A stretch of 64,000 nucleotides of DNA from contig NC_043004.1 in the NCBI RefSeq assembly GCF_006345805.1, positions 28,582,001 to 28,646,000 on the forward strand. The letters are read 5' to 3'. The notes below the pieces were generated by a model. The model was not told the origin of the DNA. It saw nothing but the letters and a program-made list of their open reading frames with translations, and did not search any database. This document shows positions 50,767 to 64,000 of this stretch, one piece after another. The first letter of the stretch is position 1, and the number at the start of each line of letters is the position of its first letter. Origin of the DNA: Octopus sinensis (Eukaryota). A program made the translations under genes and the position numbers.

Positions 50767-50800
50767 ATTAACGTTTCGAGCCTACGCTCTTCCACAGAAA
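50767..50800 (-). ncRNA. Hammerhead-like motif, variant core CTGTGGA, in a Penelope-type terminal remnant (~50670-50880)
   Basis: Minus TTT-CTGTGGA-A-GAGC-GTAG-GCTC-GAAACGTT-AAT. Flanks are homologous to 63360-63570. Confidence 0.45.
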
Positions 50801-51123
50801 GCAACACAGAAAGAAACAGGGAGAGAAACTAAAAAATGTGTAGTGACTAGCGATCTATCATGGCGAATATATATACACACATATAAGGATAGGCATATTA
50901 AAAGGGTTCCGTGGGAAAACTCATTTAAATAAAAGGATTGGGAACCACTGCTTTTTACATTCATATATGAATGAAATGTTTCGGTTTCCTGAAATTATTT
51001 ACATTAAAACATAATTTTAAATTCTGTATGATGATGGTCACCAATTTACTCTTTCCTTGCTGGAAGCTCACTGACAAAAATCCATGATGTTTATTATACA
51101 CTGCGGGCTTTTTATTATTATTT

Positions 51124-51549
51124 TTGAGTGAGAGAATGGCGCATGCCATTAAAGTGGCACTAGGGTACAAATAAATGAAGCCTAATATACCCATCATGAC
51201 TACCTGTCTGATAAGAATACACCAGGTACATGCATCACAACCATATGTGCGCGACATTGGGATCAAGAAAAACAGCGTATGACCTTGAAGGGGGCATGAT
51301 TAGACGTTTCTTCACGTCGAAAAGCCCATCGCTGAATAAGGGTTATTTAAAGATGTTGAATAAAACACCCATGTTTCCAGGTATGAATTATCCAAACACC
51401 AAAGAATGGCTATAATGCTCCCCCACGACATCTGCTCGCGATCGAGATGTACATATCGTCAGGCAATGTACATGATAACGCTTCCGATCAGTAAAGATCA
51501 GAAGCCATGAGAGCCTCTGCCTGGTACTGCATCAGAGTATTTATTATTA

Positions 51550-51607
<58 letters not shown>

Positions 51608-51712
51608 GATTGAGAGAGCAGTGCATGCCATCAAAGTGACACTGGGGTAAAATATACGAAGCCCAGTATATCCATCATGACTACCCGTCTGATAAGGGTA
51701 CACTAGGCACAT
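51124..51712 (-). mobile_element. Two tandem element B copies (51124-51541 internally deleted; 51608-51712 3' fragment) joined by (AAT)n
   Basis: Homology to 47973-48576. Confidence 0.8.
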
Positions 51713-52370
51713 AGTGGTTGAACTTCCATGTTCTTTCACAAATGGAAAAGAAAGAGAAATCAACAGCACAATATTTGGATTTCAAAAGGGTTCTATGATC
51801 CTATCTTATTGTCCCAAGAAAAATTATGTCATCACATTTATGAGTATAATGCACTATCAGCCTTCAATTGATTCAAAAAGTGCTGAAAAGAAACCTGAAG
51901 TTATTACATACTACAACAATACAAAAGAAGGAGTAGATACCCTAGATAAGATGATAAGGACATACACTTGCAAAGGAATGACTTGAAGATGGCTTATGGT
52001 TATATTCTACAACATGATTGATATAAGAGCAGTGAAAGCTTCCATTATTGCTAAACAGCTTCACTTGCAAAGTTTCAAGGATAAAAGAAGACAGTGCTTA
52101 ATTCAGTTAGGAAAGGAACTTGGAGTTAATGCTAAACAAGAACATGACAAACAATCTTCAAGATCTGCTAACATTTCTCAACCAAACAAGAAAAGAAGAC
52201 GATCGTCAACCTCATTTGAGATTCCTCAACCAAAGAAAAAAGAAAGATGTTCTTTGTGGGGCCCCCAAAAAAGACAGGAAAACTTGTATTACAAGTAAGA
52301 ATTGTAATAACTATGTTTTTCAAGAACATTGCAATCTTGTCTGCATTCTCTGCTATGAAGAGCTGTAATT
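51713..52370 (+). mobile_element. piggyBac (PGBD4-like) transposase C-terminal remnant
   Basis: KKPEVITYYNNTKEGVDTLDKMIRTYTCK..RWLMVIFYNMIDI; Cys-rich end RCSL..CNNYVFQEHC..VCILC. Stop and frameshift present. Confidence 0.88.
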
Positions 52371-52479
52371 CTGTATTTTTGCAATTTTTTTAAATTTATA
52401 ATATATTCTGTAAGCTGTATTTTTTTTCCTTTTTCAAAATTTGTGAGAAACTGTAATTCTTCATCCACCTGATAGCATA

Positions 52480-52856
52480 CACTACCGTCAGAAATTAATT
52501 AGCACCCTTGATTTGCTCTTCACTCAAGGTATGTGCTGTCACCTAGTGGCCATATCTCGAACTATTGCTTTGTTGCGAGTTCAGTGTTGCGCAGAACGAT
52601 GACGTAACTTTGTTTGCAGAGCAGTTTGAGAGTCTACAGCCTTATGATGTTGACATAGCAGTGCAACAAATTGGAGTGCGGATGCAGACAAATCTTCCTT
52701 TGTTTAATAGATATAGGTAGCGCCTCGCAAGGACCGAAATCACACCATACTAAGTTTTCTCATCGCGTAAGACGTTTTGAACAGCTCATAGGTTAATTGA
52801 TTTAACCTATTTAATGTAGAAATTTGAGAAGTGCTAATTAATTTCTGACGCAAGTG
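52480..52856. mobile_element. Tc1/mariner-type MITE with TA TSD
   Basis: TA|cactaccgtcagaaattaattagcac ... gtgctaattaatttctgacgcaagtg|TA. ~26 bp TIRs with 2-3 mismatches. Confidence 0.8.
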
Positions 52857-53789
52857 TATATAATATAGTTAAGAAATGGTGGTTGTTTGAATAAAATCTA
52901 ATTAAAAGAAAAATATTGGTAAAAAGTTGGTAATTAGTGACATACATTTTCTCTGGTAGACCAAGGTTTAACATGCGTTTAACTCGTTATAGTGTCGGTG
53001 GACATATTTCCCGATGGTTTCTGAGCGTTTGTCACTTGTCACTACCTATTCTGCTGATATAGCTAGGTTTTATTTGTTTATTGTTTTAAATTATACTGTG
53101 CAGGAAAGCGGCCAATTATTGTGCTGGACTTACTGCTACACGCAATATGTATGTTAGCTGGTAGATGTAATTACCATTCGTGATTTTTCTTTATGTTGTT
53201 TGCAATTTTCATTTTGATTATACTTATTCGATTAACACTAATAAGATCATTAAAAATTATTCTATTGCTCCCGTTTTAGTGATCCTCCTTAATGCTTTCG
53301 TTTAATCAGCAAATACTTATATACACATTTTTTTTATTAAACATTAGTTTCAGTTTGGTTATATTTTAATTTTATTTGTTATCCACGAGCTTAATGCATG
53401 TTTATCCTTTTATCATAGTAAATTTCAGGTAATCAACTTTGATCCTGCTTTTCTGTCTTTTACATTGATTGTAATTTTAATTATGTAAATGTCTTTCCCG
53501 TTTTATTTCATTCTATTTACGTAGTAACAGATTTAATAAATACAGCTTCTGTCAGCATATTCCTCATAATTTTCATTTCATTTATTTATCTCTATTTAGC
53601 GTACTGAGTTTTAGATATTTATGACGTTGGGTTCTAGCTAGATTGTATTGGATTAGATATTATCCATTAAGTACGTGAAAGTAAATTTGTGTGACACACT
53701 CACATACACACATGCGTGCATGCGTACATACATACAAACAGACAGACAGACAGATAGCTGTGTAGGCAGACAGACAGATCTACCGATCA

Positions 53790-54911
<1,122 letters not shown>

Positions 54912-55217
54912 GAGTCAACAGGCAGGGTACATAGACCCTCAGTACAGAAGACACGTAGCGGTGCTCAAATGATTTGAACTTACACTCCGAAAGTCTTTAG
55001 CGGGGACCAAGTCTGCGTGGTCAGGAATGATTATAAAAGCTGATATCAAGACAGTGATGCAGATAACCACGATTAGGCTTGTTGTATAGAATAGATATAT
55101 ACATACATATACACATGTAGATATATATAGGGATACATAAAAAAACAAATGAATATATTCAGAAAATATTCAAAATTAAAATATTCAGATGAACACTTAT
55201 GTATAAACAAATAGTAT

Positions 55218-55266
<49 letters not shown>

Positions 55267-55309
55267 ATCCGGTCCAAGTGACAACGTAGGATCCACTCCA
55301 AGTGACAAC

Positions 55310-55504
55310 GTAGGTGAGTTAGGTACAATAAATTCAGGGTGAATACTTCATAAATGTAAGCACCTGTATATGCCAACTAGTGGCATAGGTGATATTTACT
55401 TCATTTGATACATATATCCTATCATCTATGCCACTAGCTGGCATATACAGGTGCTTACATTTATCAAGTATTCACCCTGAATTTATTGTACCTAACTCAC
55501 CTAC
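55310..55504. repeat. Long fold-back: 85 bp arms (3 mismatches), 25 nt loop, embedded in (TA)n
   Basis: Arms 55310-55394 and 55420-55504 are reverse complements. A 24 bp tandem duplicate (55264-55311) precedes it. Confidence 0.92.
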
Positions 55505-55526
55505 TCACCTATTGCGTATATATACA

Positions 55527-55594
<68 letters not shown>

Positions 55595-55632
55595 CATACA
55601 TACATACATACATACATACATACATACATACA

Positions 55633-55663
<31 letters not shown>

Positions 55664-56024
55664 TCAATTAGTGGTTAAATTAGCCATATTCAGCTTTACT
55701 ATTATTAATCAGCCCCACTAACTACTACCTAACTTAAAAAACTGTTAACATGAATATCTACATCTTTTACAATTCTACTACACATAAGTTTAACATAATA
55801 CTATAACAATTAATTCTATTAGTTAACATATTATACACACAATGGCTAATTTTCTACCAATATTTTACCTTACACAATTGCTAACATATATATCGGTTAT
55901 CCACTATTCTAGCATTGAATAGCTACACTTGGTAATGTTTGAATTTGTTATTATCCACATAACTATTTTCATTAATAATATTGACGCATTTTTAAATGCA
56001 AAACAATATGTGATATGTACTCAC

Positions 56025-56076
<52 letters not shown>

Positions 56077-57242
56077 ATTTTATATATTCACTTTTCCATT
56101 TTATATCTTTAGATATATTTTCTTCTTGATTATTTCATTTTAATTATTTTTTATATTATTATATTACACCCTCACTAAAAATATACCTAGTATCATTTTA
56201 TAGTAATCACCCCTAATATCTAACCTATTATACACATCATGAGCAACATTCTAAAAATACCGGAACAAGCATAATTGCTATATGTACAATACTAGACTTT
56301 ACTATAAAACTCTAAGTAATTATACTTTGTAATACCTACATAAAAATTTTATTATTATTCACCCAACTACATTCACTTAACCAAATTAACACATTATTAA
56401 GAACCAAATAATCACTGATATGCACTCACAATCTTATATTTATTTATTTATTCATTTATTTATTTATTTTTGATTTTATTTTTATTTTATAATTTTTATC
56501 TATATATGTTATGCTTCTACTGTTTCGTTTTAATATAATTACATTTGTGTATGTACATGTATATGCATATGACTGCGTGTGGATATGTTGCTGGAATGAA
56601 CATTTGAGTGCTTTTGTGTGTGTGCACTTGTATATGCACACTTGAGTATTTACAGATACAAGTATATTTTGATATATGTGCAAATTTCAAGTGAAGGTGG
56701 TTTTATACTTGGAAACGTGTGTGTATAGCTGTTGCCGGTGCAGACATAATTCGCACATTTCTGCGTACTTGCGTATCGACATATCTGAACATAAGCGATT
56801 GTGTAAATATGGACATATGTAGAGATGTGTGTCCAGTTAGATTTTTATATGTGAATATTTTATGTGTGATATAATCTCTGTACTTTGATAAGCATATATT
56901 TGGATGTGAATGAATGTATATTTTATACCTACATATTTTTAGACGAGTATATATTATTTTATATATACACTCAAATGTGTGTATATATATTTGAGAATGT
57001 ATGTAAATGTAAAATATAGGTGTACACTAGTATATGTTCGCATGGGTAAGCACGCGTAATTATATATTGATGTTTAGTGTGTATGTATGTGTACACACAC
57101 ACACACAGACATATTTATATGTGTGTGCGTGTGTGTGTGTGTATTAATCTTTGTCTAAACGTATTTAATAGTACTATAACTGAATATTAATTGCTTTAAT
57201 ATTATTTAATTATGTTACTTTTGATTACATTGATAACTTAAT

Positions 57243-57288
<46 letters not shown>

Positions 57289-58114
57289 ACTTATTTATTA
57301 TTCAATTACTTCTATGCTATGTTATAAGTACATGAATATATAAGCATATATATGTTTCTTTTAAAACTCTCTACGTATATAAATATAATATAAATATTTA
57401 ATAATTATCTCCACTCTTACATTAACTAGACTTGTTACTGATGATATACGTCCCCATATTTCTTTAAGCCAGTTTTATTTATGACGAGATAAGAGCTCAT
57501 TTTTGGGGAAATGAAGTATATTAATTTTCCGTTACACCAATTTAAATTATATAGAAACGCTATCTATATTTTTTTAATATTTACACCTTATTAACCAATC
57601 AAATTATATTGACCTTATGTGATCTATACCAACTTCGTTTTTAGGGGTGAATGTATAATAATTTGAGTGGGTGTCTATATATTATTTGTATATATTTATA
57701 TTTTATCTAAATATGCATACATATATGCACGTACGTTTTAAATGGATGAAGTGAAAGGAAGTGCATAAGTGTATATATGTGTTATATGTGTGTGTTTGTG
57801 TGTGTGTGCGCGTGCGTGGTGGCGGGGGGGTAATATGCATCCTTTTGCGTATATTCATGTACATACATGCGTGCATTCATGTATACATTTGTGAAAATAC
57901 TAGTATGTATTTATGAATTAATATATAGGTAAACATTGAATAGTGATCGAGGATGTTTTGCATATATTGTATCTACATGTGTATTTATATAAATAAGTAT
58001 AAATATACATATGTGTGATGATATATTCTGTATATATGAGGATATATAGTGATATGTGTGATGATGCATGTAAATAACTAGGTATGTCCCTGTATGTGTG
58101 TATATATGCCTATC

Positions 58115-58152
<38 letters not shown>

Positions 58153-58198
58153 TATATACTTATGTGTATATGCATATATATATATACATATATATACT

Positions 58199-58243
<45 letters not shown>

Positions 58244-58851
58244 GTATTATATATATATATATATATATAATATTATATATATATATATATACTGTATTAA
58301 AAGATGAATTTTAGAACGCTGTTAATATGTTTGTGTATTAATTTTATAAACAACCTACGATATTATTCCCTATACCTCCTCATTCATATGATGCCCTTCT
58401 TTTTACAATTTAGTCTCTACTTATTTACCCATTATTACCCTAATTATATCTCATACCCACTAAAACAACCTGTAACACCCTATCTCAAGCATATACCACT
58501 ATTAGCCATAAATGTTATTATTCAGTCTGCTGTGATGGTTCAAAAATACAACACATAAAAATCCTTAGGGAGTATCTTTCCTATAACCCTGTAATGAGAT
58601 TTTGCCCCAAATAATGATTTTAATAATATTTATTCAATCTTTATTGGGCTTAATTGAAACAGCTCTTAAGGACTATGTTTGATTTTTGGTGATAATTTTT
58701 TATTAAATGTTGTATCACCGTTTTCTTATTTTTCACTTGAATGTCTGTATATATATATACATTTGAATGTCTGTATATATATATATATATATTTGAATTT
58801 CTGTATATATATATATATATTTGAATGTCTGTATATATATATATTTGAATG

Positions 58852-58903
<52 letters not shown>

Positions 58904-59160
58904 TATATAAATTTATATCAACATATTTTTAATGTATTTGAAAAATATTTTGAAAAGTTTATATATCTATAAATTGTTAGCACATGATTTGTTGCATATA
59001 GTGATTTCACAAAAGAATATATTTTGGTAGCCTATCTTTTGTTTCTCTTCATTATTTCTACTATTTTTCTTAGCTCAAATACTCTGAGCACTTCGATGTA
59101 CTCTATATATAGAGATAATCCTATCTCTCTCATATATATAATATATATATAATATATATA

Positions 59161-59192
<32 letters not shown>

Positions 59193-59427
59193 GTATGTAT
59201 TTATATATGTATGTATGTATTTTATATGTATGTATGTATTTATATATGTATGTATGTATGTATATGTGTATGTATACACGTGCACATGTACACGCGAACA
59301 GACGCGCGCACATACACATGCACGCACACACATAACACATACACATACATTACCCATGTGTATTAGTTTGTATTTTGAACTAATAAATTAACTATTATTG
59401 CTATTATCATTATTATTATTATTGTTT

Positions 59428-59870
59428 AAAGCGGCGAGCTGGCAAAGTCGTTAGCACGCTGGACGAAATGCTTACCGGTATTTTGCTCGTCGCTACGTTC
59501 TAAGTTCGAATTGCACCGACATTGACTTTGACTTCCATCCTTTCGGAGGTCGATTAACTTAGTACCAGTTACGCACTGGAGTTGATGTAATCGATTTAAT
59601 GGCTTCCCCCAAACTTGAAGCCTTGTGCTTCCAGTAGAAAAGATTGTTATTAGTAGTAGTAGTATTGTTGTTGTGGTTGTTGTTGTTCTTGTAGTAGTAT
59701 CATTTAAGGCGCTGAGCAAGCAGATTCGTTTGCACGCTGGATGAATTGCTTACCGCTATTTCGCCCGTCGCTACGTTCTGAGTTCAAATTCTGCCGAGGT
59801 CGATAAAATAAGTACCAGCTGAACACTGGGGTCGATGTAATCGACTCATCCCCTACCCCAAAATTACTGC
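59428..59870 (+). mobile_element. Two tandem S1b SINE copies
   Basis: Heads at ~59428 and ~59707, preceded or separated by ATT/AGT/GTT triplet tracts. Confidence 0.75.
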
Positions 59871-60515
59871 CATTGTTGTTGATGTTGCTGCTATTTTTGT
59901 GGTCGCCGCTGCTGCTGTTGTTTCTGTTATTATCATTATCATCATCATCATTTATTCTGCTTCAACGTAGAAGCGATGTGCTCGGTTACATTATGTTATT
60001 ATGCTTACTGTTGTAGATCGTAACACACAACCACTAAACCTCAAACTTATATGAAGAAAGGACAGACGAACTCTGTGCCAAAACTAAACAGAAACACTGT
60101 TTCTTTCAATATTCCTTTTAATATCAGTGGCAAGATTTCAATCCTCGAGCAGAAGTGTAAATGCTGTTGACCAGGATTTTTAAAACCTTTCTATGTCAGG
60201 AAGTTTTCGTGTTTATCAGTAATTCCAATAAAGGTAACTATTCATATAAGTAAGAGTAGTTGCTTTTTTTTTATGCCCCGACCCTCATAAGAAGGTTTGA
60301 GCTTAGATGAAATGGAAAGGTTCTTCAATAGTAGTTTTCAATTAGCTTTATGCTCTGTATATTTTTCAGGCATTTCTATCACATCACTTCAATCATATAC
60401 ATACATACATACAGATATACATACATACATACATACATACATACATACATAATACATACATACATACAGATATACATACATACATACATACATACATACA
60501 TACATACATACATAC

Positions 60516-60546
<31 letters not shown>

Positions 60547-61079
60547 TGTGTGTGTGTGTTGTGTGTGTGTGTGTGTGTGAATATAGATATGCATGGATGG
60601 ATATTTTTTATGCCAATGGAGTAGCGGTATTTATACACGCACATATGCACACACACATACACACACATACACACACATACACACGCATACAAGACACATG
60701 CACACACATACACATGCCCGCACACGCAAACTTTAGTTCGTTAATGTAAGATACTTCGCTATATATACTCGGTTTCGCTTGGCATGTTGTTGTTGCCAGC
60801 AGGTTGTTAGCTATATTGGCAAGGGATGAATACAATTTCTGGGTTATAACCGGTTAATGGGTCTGGCTATAGTTCATAGTGGATACATGAGATAGAGTAA
60901 AATAATTAAAAAATAATTTTGATTTAAAAAAATGGAAAATGATAAAGGATAAGAATTAAAAGATTAAATGGCGTAAGATAAGTATACACTTATTGACATA
61001 AACACATATATAGACGTACATGCACACTCTACACACCTCGATTAGGCTCAACATGTTATTTGAAACAAGACATCCGATG

Positions 61080-61850
61080 CGATGCATTCTGCACTGGAGA
61101 TTATAGCAAAACCATTTGCAACAGAACTATGAATATATCATCCAACTTAGAGCACCAAATACATAGGATAAATAATAGGAAATCAACCAAGGGTCGAGTA
61201 ACCTACCTAGTAACCTCCCAACCATGGATGGCACTTCTTCAATGGACGCGATAAAACAACGATGATAATAACCCTCTAGCCGAATATAGTTACAATACTA
61301 TGGACTCTAAAACCAATTCGGAAAAAAATAACAATAAGAGAGTTAGCAACAGAACCAGACCTAAAACAGAGGCAAAAACAACGGGCAGTACACACCGAGA
61401 TATGACAAACTATAACAATTGCACATACTAGGATAAAACAAAATGTCCACTCGAGAACCTTTGTACGAGGTGCAATATAGTATACAAATGTACTGTCAAC
61501 ACCAGAGTGAGCCCATATGTGTACATAGGTGCATCAGCAGGTATTTTCAAGAATCGCTATAGAAACCCCATCACCAACTTCAAAAGAGACAAGAGACATT
61601 CGATATCACTGGAAGATTTAGTCTGGAAATTGAGAGACGAGAAGATTAAATATGACTTGACTTGGTCAATAATAAGGCATACTAATCCATGTAACACTCT
61701 TTCCGAAAAGTGCCAACTGTGTTCTGAGGAATCGTTATGCATAATGTTGACCAAGAATAGGATTGTTAACAGATTTTCGGAGCGATTGATAAGATGTTTG
61801 CATACGAACAAATATATATTTTTACAATACAATAGTAACCGTTTATCGTG
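61080..61850 (+). mobile_element. Penelope-like element remnant (RT-EN linker and GIY-YIG endonuclease)
   Basis: KTICNRTMNIS; CPLENLCTRCNIVYKCTV..YIGASAGIFKNRY..LVWKL..LTWSII..CQLCSEE..NRFSE..CLH. Stop codons upstream. Confidence 0.85.
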
Positions 61851-62604
61851 ATTAGAGATCTGATCATCAATTACAGACTACTTAGCAGTTAGATAACCTA
61901 AGCTCCCCATAAAGGAGAACATCCTGCAATGCACTTTATGAACTTACACCACGGAATTACTTAAAAGGCCTGCTGTACTGTTTAAAGTGAACGTTACACT
62001 GTTCTGCATATACGTGTGTTTGTCCATGGGCTTTGATTTCGGTGCGACGAAAAATACCAACGTATGCGCAGCAACATTGGATACAAGTTACCATCCTAAA
62101 GTGTGTTTCGCGTGATATATATTATACATTTTATGGTATATGGTATGTTCCATGTTATAAATTGTAGACTTTTGAATTCCATTAACTCATATAGACCGAC
62201 CATACAATTATAGACTGTTTATCCAGGCAGTAGTAACTTACTATGTAATTCTTATACAATGTGCATTGAAATTAATGTCGAATTATCTATGTAAGCTGGA
62301 AGTATGTTTGTGTGTCCGACTTAACTATGAAGCCTGTATGGAAATCAATATGCCACTAGACACATATCTGCCTTTCAGAAGAAGTATTGGCGTGTGTACA
62401 TACGCTATAGCTATGTACATGCATGTGTGTGTGTGTGTGTGTGTGTGGAGGAGTGCATTTTTTGATATATCTCGAGATGTGTGATTATACACCAAGAACA
62501 CAGATGTTTGTGTGTGTACCTGTATATGTATGTATGTGTGTGTGTATATATATATGAATATAACTTCATGTGTATGTATGTGTGTGTGTATGTATACGTC
62601 TATA

Positions 62605-62671
62605 TATTACAAGTAACTAGTAATATTAGTGGCGATCAAAAGCGTGAAGCGTGCAGGTATGTTTAGTAATA

Positions 62672-62710
<39 letters not shown>

Positions 62711-62783
62711 TATATACATTACTAAACAAGACTGCACTGTTCATGCTTTCGATCGCCACTAAGATTACTAGTTACTAGTAATA
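62605..62783. repeat. Imperfect inverted repeat (~60-65 bp arms) enclosing a (TA)n tract
   Basis: agtaactagtaatattagtggcgatcaaaagcgtg...gtttagtaat versus attactaaac...gatcgccactaagattactagttact; about 8 mismatches. Confidence 0.85.
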
Positions 62784-63200
62784 ATTCTATATACATATAT
62801 AAATTATCCACTTACTTCGTTTAGGAATGTGCTTTGAGCCTTCGCACGAACAAGTATGGTGAGTCGAATAAATTTTAAATTTTGACTTTGTTTGCAATAG
62901 ACTTGGCTGAAGAAGGACAAGCGACCCCTTTTCCAATTTTCGCGACGGTATGACCCATAATTTTTATTCGCCGCCCGCTTTTCACCATACTTGTTTCAAG
63001 AGATCTCTATGTAATTTAGGAGTTCATTTGACTCTTCTTTCTAGCGAAGTTTGTGCTTTACGGCACAATTATTATATTATATCATATATATACGCATGCA
63101 TACATACATACATAGTCAATTCAAATAAACGAATAAAAACGGACAACATGGGGACGTGCACAAGAAATGCATTCGCTTAACGCTCGGTGAGAGGAGAGAG

Positions 63201-63233
63201 TTTGACGTTTCGAGCATAGCACTTCGTCGGAAA
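63201..63233 (-). ncRNA. Hammerhead-like motif, variant core CCGACGA
   Basis: Minus TTT-CCGACGA-A-GTGC-TAT-GCTC-GAAACGTC-AAA. GUC triplet; one stem II mismatch. Confidence 0.5.
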
Positions 63234-63308
63234 AGGGAAAAGGAAATTGAGAAGAAGGAAAAGAAATAAGAAATCGCCAACGGCAAGCGAGTAGTTTCAT
63301 ATACATAC

Positions 63309-63358
<50 letters not shown>

Positions 63359-63457
63359 ACGGGAAGCTTTATGAAAATAAACAAAAGACGAAGGCAGGTG
63401 GAAAACAAACGAACAATTGTATTAGTATGGCGCTCAGGAAATATAAATAAAACAAGT

Positions 63458-63493
63458 CTTTAACGTTTCGAGCCTACGCTCTTCAACAGTAAG
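63458..63493 (-). ncRNA. Hammerhead-like motif, variant core CTGTTGA, in a Penelope-type 3' region (~63360-63800)
   Basis: Minus CTTA-CTGTTGA-A-GAGC-GTAG-GCTC-GAAACGTT-AAAG. Confidence 0.5.
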
Positions 63494-63881
63494 ATACACA
63501 GAGAGAGAAAAACACAGAAAGAAGGAGAGAAAAAAAATGCGTGCAGTAGCTAACGAATCAACATGGCGATCTGATTTCGGCCAGAGGTCAAAGATCAAAC
63601 ATGAGACGCGAGAGCGAAATAAGGGGAGATAATAGGGTTGATAAAAGGGTTGAGGGACAATATAAGAGAAAATAAAAATACAACAAACGGGACAGTTTAT
63701 GCGAACAAGTTCAAGGTTGAAAGTTCAAGGTAAGAAATGTGTAGACGTCGTGGTATATTTTTTAAGGATTTCACATCAATGCAAAGTCACTTTGATCCGC
63801 GAAAGAGAGGTGCAGCCAATGGTAATATATATATATATATATATGTGTGTGTGTATGTATGTATGTATGTATGTATGTATG

Positions 63882-63940
<59 letters not shown>

Positions 63941-64000
63941 CCAATTCAAAACACAGAGGAAAGCTAAGAAGAAAAGGAAAAAACAAGCAAGCGTGAGGAC

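Noticed and set aside
50540-50950. hAT-like terminus ttgggaaccactg
   Set aside because: No matching left TIR or TSD found, so not listed as an element.

Overview
AT-rich, microsatellite-dense animal genomic DNA. The SINE families and repeat landscape look like a coleoid cephalopod, probably Octopus (inference from recalled repeat families, not a search). The only host gene I can support is the 3' end of a BMI1/PCGF2/4 (Psc-type) Polycomb RING-finger gene on the + strand. It has three coding exons (3905-4003, 8081-8161, 13348-14214) with clean AG/GT sites, encoding the second half of the RAWUL domain, an NLS and a long low-complexity tail; upstream exons lie outside the window or were not found. 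The rest is introns and a ~50 kb stretch with no recognisable host exons, filled with decayed mobile DNA: at least four tRNA-derived SINE families, R4/Dong-type (RLE) LINE remnants, an RTE-type LINE with TSD, Penelope-like (GIY-YIG) remnants, a non-autonomous Helitron, Tigger/pogo, piggyBac, Tc1-type and hAT-type remnants, and many simple repeats. Nearly all ORF-track calls are microsatellite artefacts. There is no CRISPR array, rRNA or true tRNA gene. Best leads: (1) five minimal type-I hammerhead motifs, one canonical and four with recurrent non-canonical cores (CCGACGA twice, CUGUUGA/CUGUGGA); (2) a ~600 bp non-tRNA retroposon that sits in (AAT)n tracts; (3) an antisense pile-up of (AAT)n-associated retroelements, including a near-identical triplication, in the last BMI1 intron; (4) three long fold-back hairpins tied to (TA)n tracts. 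None is demonstrated to be a new system; each needs the stated checks. Coordinates of decayed repeats are approximate.
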